DNA from: an uncultured Methanosarcinales archaeon
Lineage (GTDB): Archaea; Nanobdellota; Nanobdellia; Woesearchaeales; JABMPP01
NCBI GenBank assembly: GCA_964604995.1
Contig: CAZSAD010000019.1
Location: forward strand, 1 to 33,263
DNA length: 33,263 nt
Direction of reading: 5' to 3'
Shown: positions 17,612-26,255 of the stretch, piece after piece
Layout: each line of letters starts with the position of its first letter
How positions within the stretch are numbered: position 1 is the stretch's first letter
The notes under the pieces: model-generated
Seen by the model: only the letters and a program-made list of their open reading frames with translations
What the model was told of the DNA's origin: nothing
Database searches by the model: none
Made by a program: the position numbers and the translations under genes

Positions 17612-17749
17612 GCCTGAAAAGAAGCTTTTTTCAGTACAGGGAAAACATACCTGAATTCTAACAAAAAGCTTCAACGAAAGGACTCTTGGAAAATGTAGCA
17701 TGCTGCGAATTTAGCATGAGTAATACGACTCAAGAAAGGTTAAAAAACA
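17612..17749 (+). promoter_or_regulatory. Putative structured 5' leader RNA of the uL3 operon
   Basis: Nested stems GAAGCTTTTT/AAAAAGCTTC, CAGG/CCTG, TCTTG/CAAGA, CATGCT/AGCATG and TGAGT/ACTCA, ending directly at the SD-like AAGGT. Confidence 0.55.
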
Positions 17750-18727
17750 ATGCCAAAAGCAAACAAACCGCACTGCGGAAGCATGGGAGTATGGCCTAGA
17801 GTTAGAGCCAAAAGAGCCTATCCTAGAGTTAAAACTTGGATGCCAACTAAAGAAGCAAAGCCATTAGGATTTGCAGGATACAAAGCTGGCATGACCCACG
17901 TTATTATTACAGACAATAGACACAATCAACTAACAAAAGGAATGGAAATATCTGTTCCAGTTACAATTGTTGAGTGCCCACCATTAAAAGTTCTTTCTGT
18001 TCGATTTTATAAAAACACAGTAAACGGTTTAACTGTTTCTTCTGAAATTTGCTCTGAAAAAGTAGAAAAAGAGCTAGGCAGAAAAATAAGTGTTCCAAAA
18101 AAAGTCAAGAAAAAATTTGAAGATATTAAAATGGATGAAATTGTTGATGTAAAATTAGTAGTTTATACTCAACCAAGAACAGCAGGGGTTGGTAAGAAAA
18201 AACCAGAAGTTTTTGAAATTGGAATTGGTGGAAGTTTACAAGATAAAACAAATTATGGTAAAAATATGCTTGGAAAAGAGATAAGAATAAATGATTTTGT
18301 TAAAGAGGGCCAAAGAATAGATGTCCATGGAATAACTAAGGGACATGGTACTCAAGGCCCGCATAAAAGATTTGGTGTCGCATTTAGACAACACAAATCT
18401 GAAAAAGCTATTAGAAATCCTGCAAACGTAGGATCATGGGGAGGCCCAACATCTTGGAGAGTTGCTCATGCAGGTAAAACAGGTTATTATCAAAGAACTG
18501 AATATAATAAATGGATTGTAAAAATAGGAGATAATCCGAAAGATGTAAACCCTAATGGTGGATTTGTACATTATGGTCTTGTTAATAATCAATATGTGTT
18601 AGTAAAAGGATCATTGCCTGGAAGCTCAAAAAGATTAGTAATGCTAACTGCTCCAAGAAGAGAAAGCAGAAAATTAGCAAAAGATGCACCAATTGTTAAC
18701 CATATAAGTTTAGAGCCAAAGAAATAA
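17750..18727 (+). CDS. rpl3: 50S ribosomal protein uL3
   Basis: GSMGVWPRVRA, GFAGYKAGMTH, GITKGHGTQGP, GYYQRTEYNK, VLVKGSLPG. Confidence 0.97.
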   Translation: MPKANKPHCGSMGVWPRVRAKRAYPRVKTWMPTKEAKPLGFAGYKAGMTHVIITDNRHNQLTKGMEISVPVTIVECPPLKVLSVRFYKNTVNGLTVSSEICSEKVEKELGRKISVPKKVKKKFEDIKMDEIVDVKLVVYTQPRTAGVGKKKPEVFEIGIGGSLQDKTNYGKNMLGKEIRINDFVKEGQRIDVHGITKGHGTQGPHKRFGVAFRQHKSEKAIRNPANVGSWGGPTSWRVAHAGKTGYYQRTEYNKWIVKIGDNPKDVNPNGGFVHYGLVNNQYVLVKGSLPGSSKRLVMLTAPRRESRKLAKDAPIVNHISLEPKK

Positions 18728-18773
18728 TTAGAATAATAAAAATATTATTTTAAAAATAAAAAAGTGAATAATT

Positions 18774-19763
18774 ATGAAAATCCCAATATACGATACAACA
18801 AAAAAAGAAATTGGAAAGAAGGATTTACCTATACAGTTTCATGAAGAATTTAGACCAGATATTATCAAAAGAGTTGTGATTGCAATTCAAGACCATATGA
18901 GACAGCCTTATGGTGCTCATCCTATGGCCGGTAAATATGCCAGCGCTGTTGTTTCTAGAAGAAGAAGAGATTATAGAGGATCTTATGGACTTGGAATTTC
19001 AAGAGTTCCAAGAAAAGTCTTAAACAGTAGAGGAACAAGAATGAGCTGGGTTGGCGCATTCGCACCAGGAATGGTTGGCGGAAGACGCGCACATCCACCA
19101 AAAGTTGAAAAAAAGTATGATACTAAAGTTAACAAAAAAGAAAGAAGAAAAGCAATTAGAAGTGCAATTTCTGCAACAGTAAACAAAGAAATTGTTACTG
19201 CAAGAGGTCATTTATTACCTGAACATTTCCCATTTATATTAGATTCAAGCTTTGAACAAATTAGTAAAGCAAAGGATCTTTTTTCTGCTTTGAATATGCT
19301 TGGTTTAGAAAATGAATATGTAAGAAACCAAGAGAAAAATGTTAGAGCAGGCAGAGGAAAAAGTAGAGGAAGAAAATACAAAAGAAATAGAGGAATACTT
19401 ATCGTTGTTTCAAATGATTGCAATCTTTACCAGAATGGGTCAAACCTTCCTGGTGTTGAAATTTGCAAAGTTAATATGTTAAATGTTGAAGCATTAGCTC
19501 CAGGAACAAATCCTGGCAGATTAACATTGTATACTGAAGCTGCAATTGATAGACTTACTAATGAAAAATTATTCACAGATGACCATGTACAAAATAATAT
19601 TGATGTAAAAACTGATAACAAAAGTAAAACAGTAAAATCTGTTAAAAAAGAAACAGAGAAAAAAGTTGCATCTGTTACTAAAGTAAAAAAACAAAATGAT
19701 AATTTGGAAGTTAAGAAAAAGGCAGTAAATAAGCCTTCAAAAAAACAATCAAAAACTAACTAA
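18774..19763 (+). CDS. rpl4: 50S ribosomal protein uL4 with a Lys-rich C-terminal extension
   Basis: RPDIIKR, GISRVPR, GGRRAHPPK, RAGRGKSRGR, LAPGTNPGRLT. Confidence 0.97.
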   Translation: MKIPIYDTTKKEIGKKDLPIQFHEEFRPDIIKRVVIAIQDHMRQPYGAHPMAGKYASAVVSRRRRDYRGSYGLGISRVPRKVLNSRGTRMSWVGAFAPGMVGGRRAHPPKVEKKYDTKVNKKERRKAIRSAISATVNKEIVTARGHLLPEHFPFILDSSFEQISKAKDLFSALNMLGLENEYVRNQEKNVRAGRGKSRGRKYKRNRGILIVVSNDCNLYQNGSNLPGVEICKVNMLNVEALAPGTNPGRLTLYTEAAIDRLTNEKLFTDDHVQNNIDVKTDNKSKTVKSVKKETEKKVASVTKVKKQNDNLEVKKKAVNKPSKKQSKTN

Positions 19764-19775
19764 GAGCTGATAATT

Positions 19776-20036
19776 ATGGAAATCAATGAAATAATCAAAT
19801 ACCCACTAGCAACTGAAAAATCAATCAGACTAATGGAATCTGAGAATAAATTGATTTTTGTAGTAGATAGAAAAGCAACAAGACAGGAAATAAAAAAAGC
19901 AATTGAACAAACTTTCAATGTGAAAGTTGATGATGTAAATACTTTCAACTCAGCACATAGTGAAAAGAGAGCTTATGTCAAATTCAATAAATCGACACCT
20001 GCAATTGATGTTGCAACAAATTTAGGATTGATGTAA
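19776..20036 (+). CDS. rpl23: 50S ribosomal protein uL23
   Basis: [32 protein letters not shown]; operon position. Confidence 0.96.
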   Translation: MEINEIIKYPLATEKSIRLMESENKLIFVVDRKATRQEIKKAIEQTFNVKVDDVNTFNSAHSEKRAYVKFNKSTPAIDVATNLGLM

Positions 20037-20087
20037 TTAGATGGGAATAATAATACTAAATAATGATACAAATATGAGAGTGAAAAC

Positions 20088-20798
20088 ATGGGTAAGAGCT
20101 TAATACAACAAAAGAGAGGAAAGGGAAGCATGAGATATAGAGCTCATAGCTTTTATTATCAAGCTCAAGCTAAATTTCCAAAAACAACTACAACACTTAT
20201 CAATGGAACAATTACTGATATTATAAAATGTCCAGGACATTATGCACCATTATTAAAAATCAATTTTGAAAATGGAGAAGTTTGCTATACTGTTGCTCCT
20301 GAAGGAATAAAACTTGGACAAATAGTACAAGCTGGAGAAAATGCTGAACTTGGAATTGGAAATATAATCCCATTAAAAAATATCCCTGAAGGAACATCTA
20401 TTTTTAATGTTGAATGTAGACCAGGAGATGGTGGAAAATTAGTTAGATCAACTGGTGGATTTGCAAAAGTCGTTGGAAAAGTTAATAATTTGGTCACTGT
20501 ACTTTTACCTTCAAAGAAAAAGAAAGATTTCAATCCTGAATGTAGAGCAGCTATTGGAACTGTTGCTGGCGCTGGAAGACCAGAAAAACCACTACTCAAG
20601 GCGGGAACAAATTACTTTAAACATAAGGCTAGAAATAAACTTTGGCCATCAATATCGGGTACATCACAAAATGCAGTTAACCATCCACTTGGTGGTTCAA
20701 GATCTGGCAAAAAAGGAGTACCTACAATTGCACCACATAATGCACCACCTGGTAGAAAAGTTGGTAAGATTAGAGCTAGAAGAACAGGTAGAGGTTAA
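20088..20798 (+). CDS. rpl2: 50S ribosomal protein uL2
   Basis: MGKSLIQQKRGKG, PGDGGKLVRS, NAVNHPLGG, APPGRKVGKIRARRTG. Confidence 0.97.
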   Translation: MGKSLIQQKRGKGSMRYRAHSFYYQAQAKFPKTTTTLINGTITDIIKCPGHYAPLLKINFENGEVCYTVAPEGIKLGQIVQAGENAELGIGNIIPLKNIPEGTSIFNVECRPGDGGKLVRSTGGFAKVVGKVNNLVTVLLPSKKKKDFNPECRAAIGTVAGAGRPEKPLLKAGTNYFKHKARNKLWPSISGTSQNAVNHPLGGSRSGKKGVPTIAPHNAPPGRKVGKIRARRTGRG

Positions 20799-20831
20799 TA
20801 ATCAAAATACATAGTGTGAGGAATGAATTTC

Positions 20832-21218
20832 ATGGCAAAAAAAGAATTTACTTATCGCGGAAAAAGTGTAGCTGAACTCAAAGCAATGAGTGAAAAAGAG
20901 TTTGCCATGTTAGTTCCATCAAGAGAAAGAAGAAAAATGATTGCTAAAGGATGGACTGAAGAAGAAAAAAAATTGCTCAAAAGAATAAAATCCGGAAAAA
21001 GAAATATTGAAACACACTGCAGAGATATGATAGTTTTACCATTAATGATTGGAATGACTTTAAAAGTTCATAATGGAAGAGAATTCGCACTTGTTATTGT
21101 AACCGAAGAAATGATTGGACACAGACTTGGAGAATTCGCACTTACAAGAAGAAGAGTTGAACATAGTGCACCTGGAATTGGTGCAACAAGAAGTAGTTCA
21201 GCAATCTCAGTTAGATAA
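20832..21218 (+). CDS. rps19: 30S ribosomal protein uS19
   Basis: FTYRGKS, THCRDMIVLP, MIGHRLGEFALTR, PGIGATRSS. An alternative start exists at 20823. Confidence 0.96.
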   Translation: MAKKEFTYRGKSVAELKAMSEKEFAMLVPSRERRKMIAKGWTEEEKKLLKRIKSGKRNIETHCRDMIVLPLMIGMTLKVHNGREFALVIVTEEMIGHRLGEFALTRRRVEHSAPGIGATRSSSAISVR

Positions 21219-21235
21219 ATTTAGAGGGAATCAAA

Positions 21236-21742
21236 ATGGTAATACATTATGCAATGGCAAAGTTTCCAGAGGTCCATGCTAAAGCTATGGCCAAAGATTT
21301 ACCAATATCAACAAAACACTGTGTTGAAATTTGCAAATATTTGAAAGGTAAAAAATTGCAGAAAGCAAAACAAGTGCTTTCAAATGTTATGGCAATGAAA
21401 CAAGCAATTCCATATACCAGATCAACATTAGACTTAGGTCATAAAAAAGGAATTGGCCCTGGAAGATATCCTGTAAAAGCATCGGAAGCAATTTTAACAT
21501 TATTAAATTCAGTTGATGCAAATGCCCAGTTAAAGGGACTTAACTCAAATGATTTGATAATTGAACACATAGCAGCACAACAAGCATCAAGACCTTGGCA
21601 CTATGGAAGAAAAGGAAGAGCCAAAATGAAAAGGTCACATGTTGAAGTTGTTGTAATTGAAAAAAAAGCTGAAGAAGCACCAAAACAAAAATCAACTGAA
21701 AAGAAAAATAAAGATGATATTCAATCAGATAATCAGAACTAA
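21236..21742 (+). CDS. rpl22: 50S ribosomal protein uL22
   Basis: ISTKHCVEIC, GRYPVKAS, NAQLKGL, SHVEVV. Confidence 0.95.
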   Translation: MVIHYAMAKFPEVHAKAMAKDLPISTKHCVEICKYLKGKKLQKAKQVLSNVMAMKQAIPYTRSTLDLGHKKGIGPGRYPVKASEAILTLLNSVDANAQLKGLNSNDLIIEHIAAQQASRPWHYGRKGRAKMKRSHVEVVVIEKKAEEAPKQKSTEKKNKDDIQSDNQN

Positions 21743-21756
21743 TGAGGTAGTACACA

Positions 21757-22560
21757 ATGATAGAAAGGCAATTCGTCGCACAAAAAATCAAAGAATTCCA
21801 AGTGCAAGAATATATCAGAAATACCCTTAAAAGAGTTGGTCACTCTCATACCAAATTACAAAAAACTCCACTTGGAGAAAAAATAGTAATCTATGCAATG
21901 AGACCAGGACTTGTTGTTGGTAAAAAAGGTCAAAATATCAAAAAATTAACAAATACACTCAAAAGAAAATTCAATCTCGAAAATCCACAAATAGAAATAG
22001 CCGAAGTTGATAGGCCGGGTCTTGATGCAAATATAATTGCTGAAAAGATTGCAGAAAGCCTAGAAAAATTCGGAGCTGCAAGATTTAAAGGAATTGCACA
22101 TAGTGCAATGGAAGAAACAGTAACTTCATCAGGTGGACTCGGAATTGAAATTTTAATATCTGGAAAAATACCAAGCTCGAGAGCAAAAACTTGGAGATTT
22201 TATACAGGATATTTGAAAAAAAGTGGAGACATTGCACAAATTGGTGTTAAAAAAGCATATACTGAAGCTCAACTTAAAACTGGAACAGTTGGTGTACAAG
22301 TTAGAATAATGCCACCAGATATTCAATTACCGGATGATATTGAAGTTACAGCTGAAAGGCAAGTAAGTGTTGAAGAAGTAAATGATGGCACTAAAGCTGC
22401 ACCAGAAAATGTTGAAAATACTGCTAATGAAGAAGTTGTATCTTCTAAAAATACAAACGATGAAAGTAAAGAAGAGAAGAAACCAAAAAAGAAAAAAGCA
22501 GTAAAGAAACAAGAAAAAACTGAAACAAAAGAAACTGTAAAATCAGAAGAGACCCAATAA
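21757..22560 (+). CDS. rps3: 30S ribosomal protein uS3 with a charged C-terminal tail
   Basis: KTPLG, RPGLVVGKKG, NPQIE, GIEILISGK, GTVGVQVRIMPP. Confidence 0.96.
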   Translation: MIERQFVAQKIKEFQVQEYIRNTLKRVGHSHTKLQKTPLGEKIVIYAMRPGLVVGKKGQNIKKLTNTLKRKFNLENPQIEIAEVDRPGLDANIIAEKIAESLEKFGAARFKGIAHSAMEETVTSSGGLGIEILISGKIPSSRAKTWRFYTGYLKKSGDIAQIGVKKAYTEAQLKTGTVGVQVRIMPPDIQLPDDIEVTAERQVSVEEVNDGTKAAPENVENTANEEVVSSKNTNDESKEEKKPKKKKAVKKQEKTETKETVKSEETQ

Positions 22561-22582
22561 ATAATAATTTTGGTGTTACAAA

Positions 22583-22786
22583 ATGAAATACAAAGATATC
22601 AAATCATTGGATAATAATCAACTTACTGAAAAGCTCATTGAAGTAAAAAAAGAGCTAATCAAAAGCAATGCTCAGGTTGCAACTGGCACAACGCCAAAGA
22701 ACCCTGGACAAATAAAGCAGATGAAAAAAACAATAGCAAAAATTATGACTGCTATTAATGACAAAAAGAGGGACAAAAAGGCATGA
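22583..22786 (+). CDS. rpl29: 50S ribosomal protein uL29
   Basis: NPGQIKQMKKTIAKIMT; operon position. Confidence 0.93.
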   Translation: MKYKDIKSLDNNQLTEKLIEVKKELIKSNAQVATGTTPKNPGQIKQMKKTIAKIMTAINDKKRDKKA

Positions 22787-23091
22787 GTGAAATTTGCTCC
22801 AAGTGTGGATTGCCAATAGAACTTTGTGTCTGCGAATCAATAGCCAAAGAAAGCCAGAAAATAAGAGTGTATCTTGTCAACAAAAAATTTGGTAAGAATT
22901 ACACAATTGTTGAAGGAATTGACACAAAAGCTATTGATTTAAAAGAAGCTGCAAAAAACCTCAAATCGAAGTTGGCCTGCGGTGGCACAATGAAGGAAGG
23001 AAAAATCGAACTGCAAGGTGAACACAGACAAGCTGTTCGTAAATTCCTAATTGAAATGGGATTCGCACCGGAAACAATCGAAGTTAGATAA
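22783..23091 (+). CDS. Translation initiation factor aIF1 (SUI1 family)
   Basis: CSKCGLPIELCVC, LKSKLACGGT, IELQGEH; ATGA overlap with the uL29 stop. Confidence 0.95.
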   Translation: MSEICSKCGLPIELCVCESIAKESQKIRVYLVNKKFGKNYTIVEGIDTKAIDLKEAAKNLKSKLACGGTMKEGKIELQGEHRQAVRKFLIEMGFAPETIEVR

Positions 23092-23108
23092 AATCTAACG
23101 GAGAAAAA

Positions 23109-23378
23109 ATGGTAACAAAAGACGTTGCCAGACATGAATTTATAGGCATGTTTGCTAAAGTCATAGAAAGCAAGAACAAGTTGCTTGTCGGTTTGAATGG
23201 AAAAATTATTGACGAGACAAAAAACACGTTCATTATGCTTACAGATAAAAAAGAGAAAAAAACAATCTTGAAAAAAGATTGCATAATAACTTTTGATTTA
23301 AAGAATAATCAAAAAGTCAAAATTGATGGAAATATTTTGGTTGCAAGACCAGAAGATAGAATTAAAATGAAAATTTAA
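23109..23378 (+). CDS. rnp1: Ribonuclease P protein component 1 (Rpp29/Pop4)
   Basis: HEFIG, GLNGKIIDETKNT, IDGNILVARPEDRIK; canonical position between SUI1 and uS17. Confidence 0.93.
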   Translation: MVTKDVARHEFIGMFAKVIESKNKLLVGLNGKIIDETKNTFIMLTDKKEKKTILKKDCIITFDLKNNQKVKIDGNILVARPEDRIKMKI

Positions 23379-23404
23379 AATTCCAAAGTGAGGTCACAAT
23401 AAAA

Positions 23405-23860
23405 ATGGTAAAAAGCAAAAAAACAAGCAAAACAGTAACAGGAGAAACATCCACTAAGTATTCAAATGTGAGTCTTAGAGGCCAAAGCTTTGTTGGTGTT
23501 GTTGTTTCCAGTAAATCCATGAAAAGTGCTACTGTTGAAATTAAAAGAAAACATTATGTTCCAAAATATGAAAGATATGAAAATAGATTAACAAGACTTC
23601 ACGTTCATAATCCGCCAAGTATTAATGCAAAGGAAGGAGACATTGTAAAAGTTTCTGAAACAAGACCTCTTGCCAAAACAATTCATCATATAATTGTTGA
23701 AAAAGTTGGTGAAGTTGCGACATACAAAGGCCAAAAAATGGTAGAAGAAGAAGAAAAGGCAAAAATCCTAAGCAAGAAAAAAGAAGCTGATAAAAAAGAG
23801 GATACAAAACCTGTAAAGAAAGCAAAAAAACAAGAACAATTTAAAGAAGATGAAGAATAA
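23405..23860 (+). CDS. rps17: 30S ribosomal protein uS17
   Basis: LRGQSFVGVVVS, VPKYERYE, HVHNPP, ETRPLAKT. Confidence 0.96.
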   Translation: MVKSKKTSKTVTGETSTKYSNVSLRGQSFVGVVVSSKSMKSATVEIKRKHYVPKYERYENRLTRLHVHNPPSINAKEGDIVKVSETRPLAKTIHHIIVEKVGEVATYKGQKMVEEEEKAKILSKKKEADKKEDTKPVKKAKKQEQFKEDEE

Positions 23861-23900
23861 TTTTTATTAAAAAATAATCAAAAACTAAGAGGAAAATAAA

Positions 23901-24305
23901 ATGGTACAAGCTGTCAAAGCAAAGGTCACAAATGCATTAAATGTAGGAAGCTGGGTTGATACCTGCGATAATTCAGGAGCAAAAGTCATCAAGATAACTT
24001 CAGTTATGGATTCAAAAACATCCAAAGGAAGAATACCTTCATGTGGTGTTGGTGCTCTTGTAATGGCAGCAGTTAAAAGAGGCAGACCTGAAATGAGAAA
24101 GCAGGTTGTTTTTGCAATAATTGTTAGACAAAGAAAAGAATATAGAAGACCAAATGGAATGAGGGTCAAATTCGAAGATAATTCAGCTGTTGTATTAAAA
24201 GATGAAAAAGGAACACCTAAAGGAACCATTTTCAAAGGACCAATTGCAAAAGAAGCAGCTGACAGGTATCCTGGCGTTGCGAAAGTTGCTAGTTTAATAG
24301 TTTAA
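23901..24305 (+). CDS. rpl14: 50S ribosomal protein uL14
   Basis: CDNSGAK, IVRQRKEYRRPNG, FEDNSAV, GPIAKEAA. Confidence 0.97.
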   Translation: MVQAVKAKVTNALNVGSWVDTCDNSGAKVIKITSVMDSKTSKGRIPSCGVGALVMAAVKRGRPEMRKQVVFAIIVRQRKEYRRPNGMRVKFEDNSAVVLKDEKGTPKGTIFKGPIAKEAADRYPGVAKVASLIV

Positions 24306-24359
24306 AATCACATAAAAATGAACTAAATAATAATCAAAAATTATGAAGCGTGATAAAAA

Positions 24360-24743
24360 ATGAAAAAAGATTTTTTGATAAGCTGGAAATCAAGCTCACA
24401 ACCAAGAAAACAAAGAAAATACATAGAGAATGCGCCATTGCATGTTAAAGGCAAATTCTTGAATGCACATTTATCAGTTGATCTTAGAAAAAAATATGGA
24501 AAGAGATCATTTAGATTAAAAAAAGGAGATAAAGTAAAAATTATGTCAGGACAATTTGCAAAAAAAACTGCAAAGGTAGTAAGTGTTGACTTAAAAAATT
24601 CAAGAGTACGTTTAGAAAATATTGAACTTATCAAAAAAGATGGAAGTAAAGTACAATACCCTTTGCATGCTTCAAAATTAATGATTATTGAATTTAATAC
24701 AGATGATAAGGCAAGAATGAAAAGATTGGAGGCCAAAAAATGA
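24360..24743 (+). CDS. rpl24: 50S ribosomal protein uL24
   Basis: SSQPRKQRK, NAPLH, KOW motif KGDKVKIMSG. Confidence 0.96.
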   Translation: MKKDFLISWKSSSQPRKQRKYIENAPLHVKGKFLNAHLSVDLRKKYGKRSFRLKKGDKVKIMSGQFAKKTAKVVSVDLKNSRVRLENIELIKKDGSKVQYPLHASKLMIIEFNTDDKARMKRLEAKK

Positions 24744-25450
24744 AAAATCATCTCAAAAGATTACCTGCTCCTAAAAGATGGGAAATATTAAGAAAAGAAA
24801 ATAAGTATATCACAAGACCAAACCCAGGTTCACATTCATTTGAAACTGGTGTTCCTGTTGTTGTACTTTTAAGAGATATGATGAAGCTTGCTAGCAATGC
24901 TAAAGAAGCAAAGTACATGATAACAAAATATCAACTTTTGGTCGATGGTAAAAAAAGAAATGATGTGAAATTTATTGTTGGGCTTATGGACACGATTACA
25001 ATGCCAGCTTCCAATGATAAATATAGAATAATACTCAATAATAGCGGTAAAATTGATACAATAAAAATAGAAGACAAAGAAGTTTCAATTAAACCATGCA
25101 AAATTATGAAGAAAGTAATGTACAAAAATAAAATTCAAATAGGATTACATGATGGTAAAAATATTTTAGTTGATGCAAAAAATAAAGATTACAATACAGG
25201 AGATAGCCTTGTTATGGAAGTTCCATCACTTAAAGTTTTAGAACATTTGAAACTTGAACCAAAAATGATAGTGTATCTAGTTGGTGGAAAACATGCAGGT
25301 AGCACAGGAATAATTGAAAATGTTGCACAAAATAAAATTACATACAAAACACAATCAGGCGCAGTTTTCGAAACATTGAAAGAATACGCATTTGTTGTTG
25401 GCAAAACTAAATCATCAATAACATTGCCAGAAGAAAAAGACAGAAAGTGA
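24740..25450 (+). CDS. rps4e: 30S ribosomal protein eS4
   Basis: HLKRLPAPKRW, RPNPGSH, VGLMD, LHDGKN, GGKHAG. Confidence 0.96.
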   Translation: MKNHLKRLPAPKRWEILRKENKYITRPNPGSHSFETGVPVVVLLRDMMKLASNAKEAKYMITKYQLLVDGKKRNDVKFIVGLMDTITMPASNDKYRIILNNSGKIDTIKIEDKEVSIKPCKIMKKVMYKNKIQIGLHDGKNILVDAKNKDYNTGDSLVMEVPSLKVLEHLKLEPKMIVYLVGGKHAGSTGIIENVAQNKITYKTQSGAVFETLKEYAFVVGKTKSSITLPEEKDRK

Positions 25451-25454
25451 AAAT

Positions 25455-25970
25455 ATGGTAAATCTAATGAAAACTATCAGGATTGAGAAACTAACCCTTA
25501 ATGTGGGTGCAGGCAAAGATGCCAATAAGCTTGAGAAAGGAGTTAAACTAATCAAAAGCTTAACAGGCATAACTCCTGTTAAAACAGTCACAAAGAAAAG
25601 AATACCTGCATGGGGATTAAGACCAGGCCTTCCAATAGGATGCAAACTTACACTCAGAAAAAAACAAGCCATTGATATGTTACCAAGATTGCTTGAAGCT
25701 AAAGAATTTCATTTGAAACCCCAACAATTTGATGATAACGGAAATATTGCATTTGGAATTCCAGAATATATTGATATTGAAGGTGCTAAGTATGATCCAA
25801 CTATTGGAATCATGGGTCTTGAAGTTTGCTTAACACTTGAAAGACCAGGATTTAGAATAAAAAGAAGAAGAAAATTAACTGCCAAAGTTTCAAGATCACA
25901 TAAGATTGGAAAAGATGAGGCTATAAAATTTTTGACAGAGAATTTCAAAGTAAAAGTTGATGATGAATAA
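25455..25970 (+). CDS. rpl5: 50S ribosomal protein uL5
   Basis: IEKLTLNVG, PIGCKLTLR, FDDNGNIAFGI, YDPTIGIMGL. Confidence 0.97.
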   Translation: MVNLMKTIRIEKLTLNVGAGKDANKLEKGVKLIKSLTGITPVKTVTKKRIPAWGLRPGLPIGCKLTLRKKQAIDMLPRLLEAKEFHLKPQQFDDNGNIAFGIPEYIDIEGAKYDPTIGIMGLEVCLTLERPGFRIKRRRKLTAKVSRSHKIGKDEAIKFLTENFKVKVDDE

Positions 25971-26011
25971 AATAAATGATTCAAATATATCACAGTTTAA
26001 GGTGAAACAAG

Positions 26012-26242
26012 ATGACAACAAGCGATTATAGAAAAATGATCAAACAGCTTAAAACAAAACCAAATCAGTTGCAAAAATATCTCAAACACAATGCACCAAA
26101 AAAGAGAACATGTGGAGATATGCTTCGAAAGTGTAGAAGATGTGGAAGAACAGGTGCACATATCAGTAAATATGGGATACATATGTGCAGACAATGTTTT
26201 AGAGACGTTGCAACAAATATTGGATTCAAAAAATATAGTTAA
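26012..26242 (+). CDS. rps14: 30S ribosomal protein uS14 (zinc-binding, N-terminally extended)
   Basis: CRRCG...MCRQCFR...IGFKKYS; SD GGTGA upstream. Confidence 0.96.
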   Translation: MTTSDYRKMIKQLKTKPNQLQKYLKHNAPKKRTCGDMLRKCRRCGRTGAHISKYGIHMCRQCFRDVATNIGFKKYS

Positions 26243-26255
26243 TTAAGGTGAAAAA

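Noticed and set aside
17721..17732. TAATACGACTCA, a 12-nt match to the T7 promoter
   Set aside because: It lacks the following CTATAG, has no vector context and is part of a native hairpin; most likely chance.
17446..17749. RNase P RNA or SRP RNA in the 300-nt gap before uL3
   Set aside because: I found no GAGGAAAGUCC/ACAGAA..GGCUUA boxes and no SRP helix-8 motif on either strand, and the structured part is only about 140-190 nt.
20455..20814. 119-aa alternative-frame ORF within uL2
   Set aside because: Fully overlaps a highly conserved gene, has no motif and shows Leu/Gln-rich off-frame composition.
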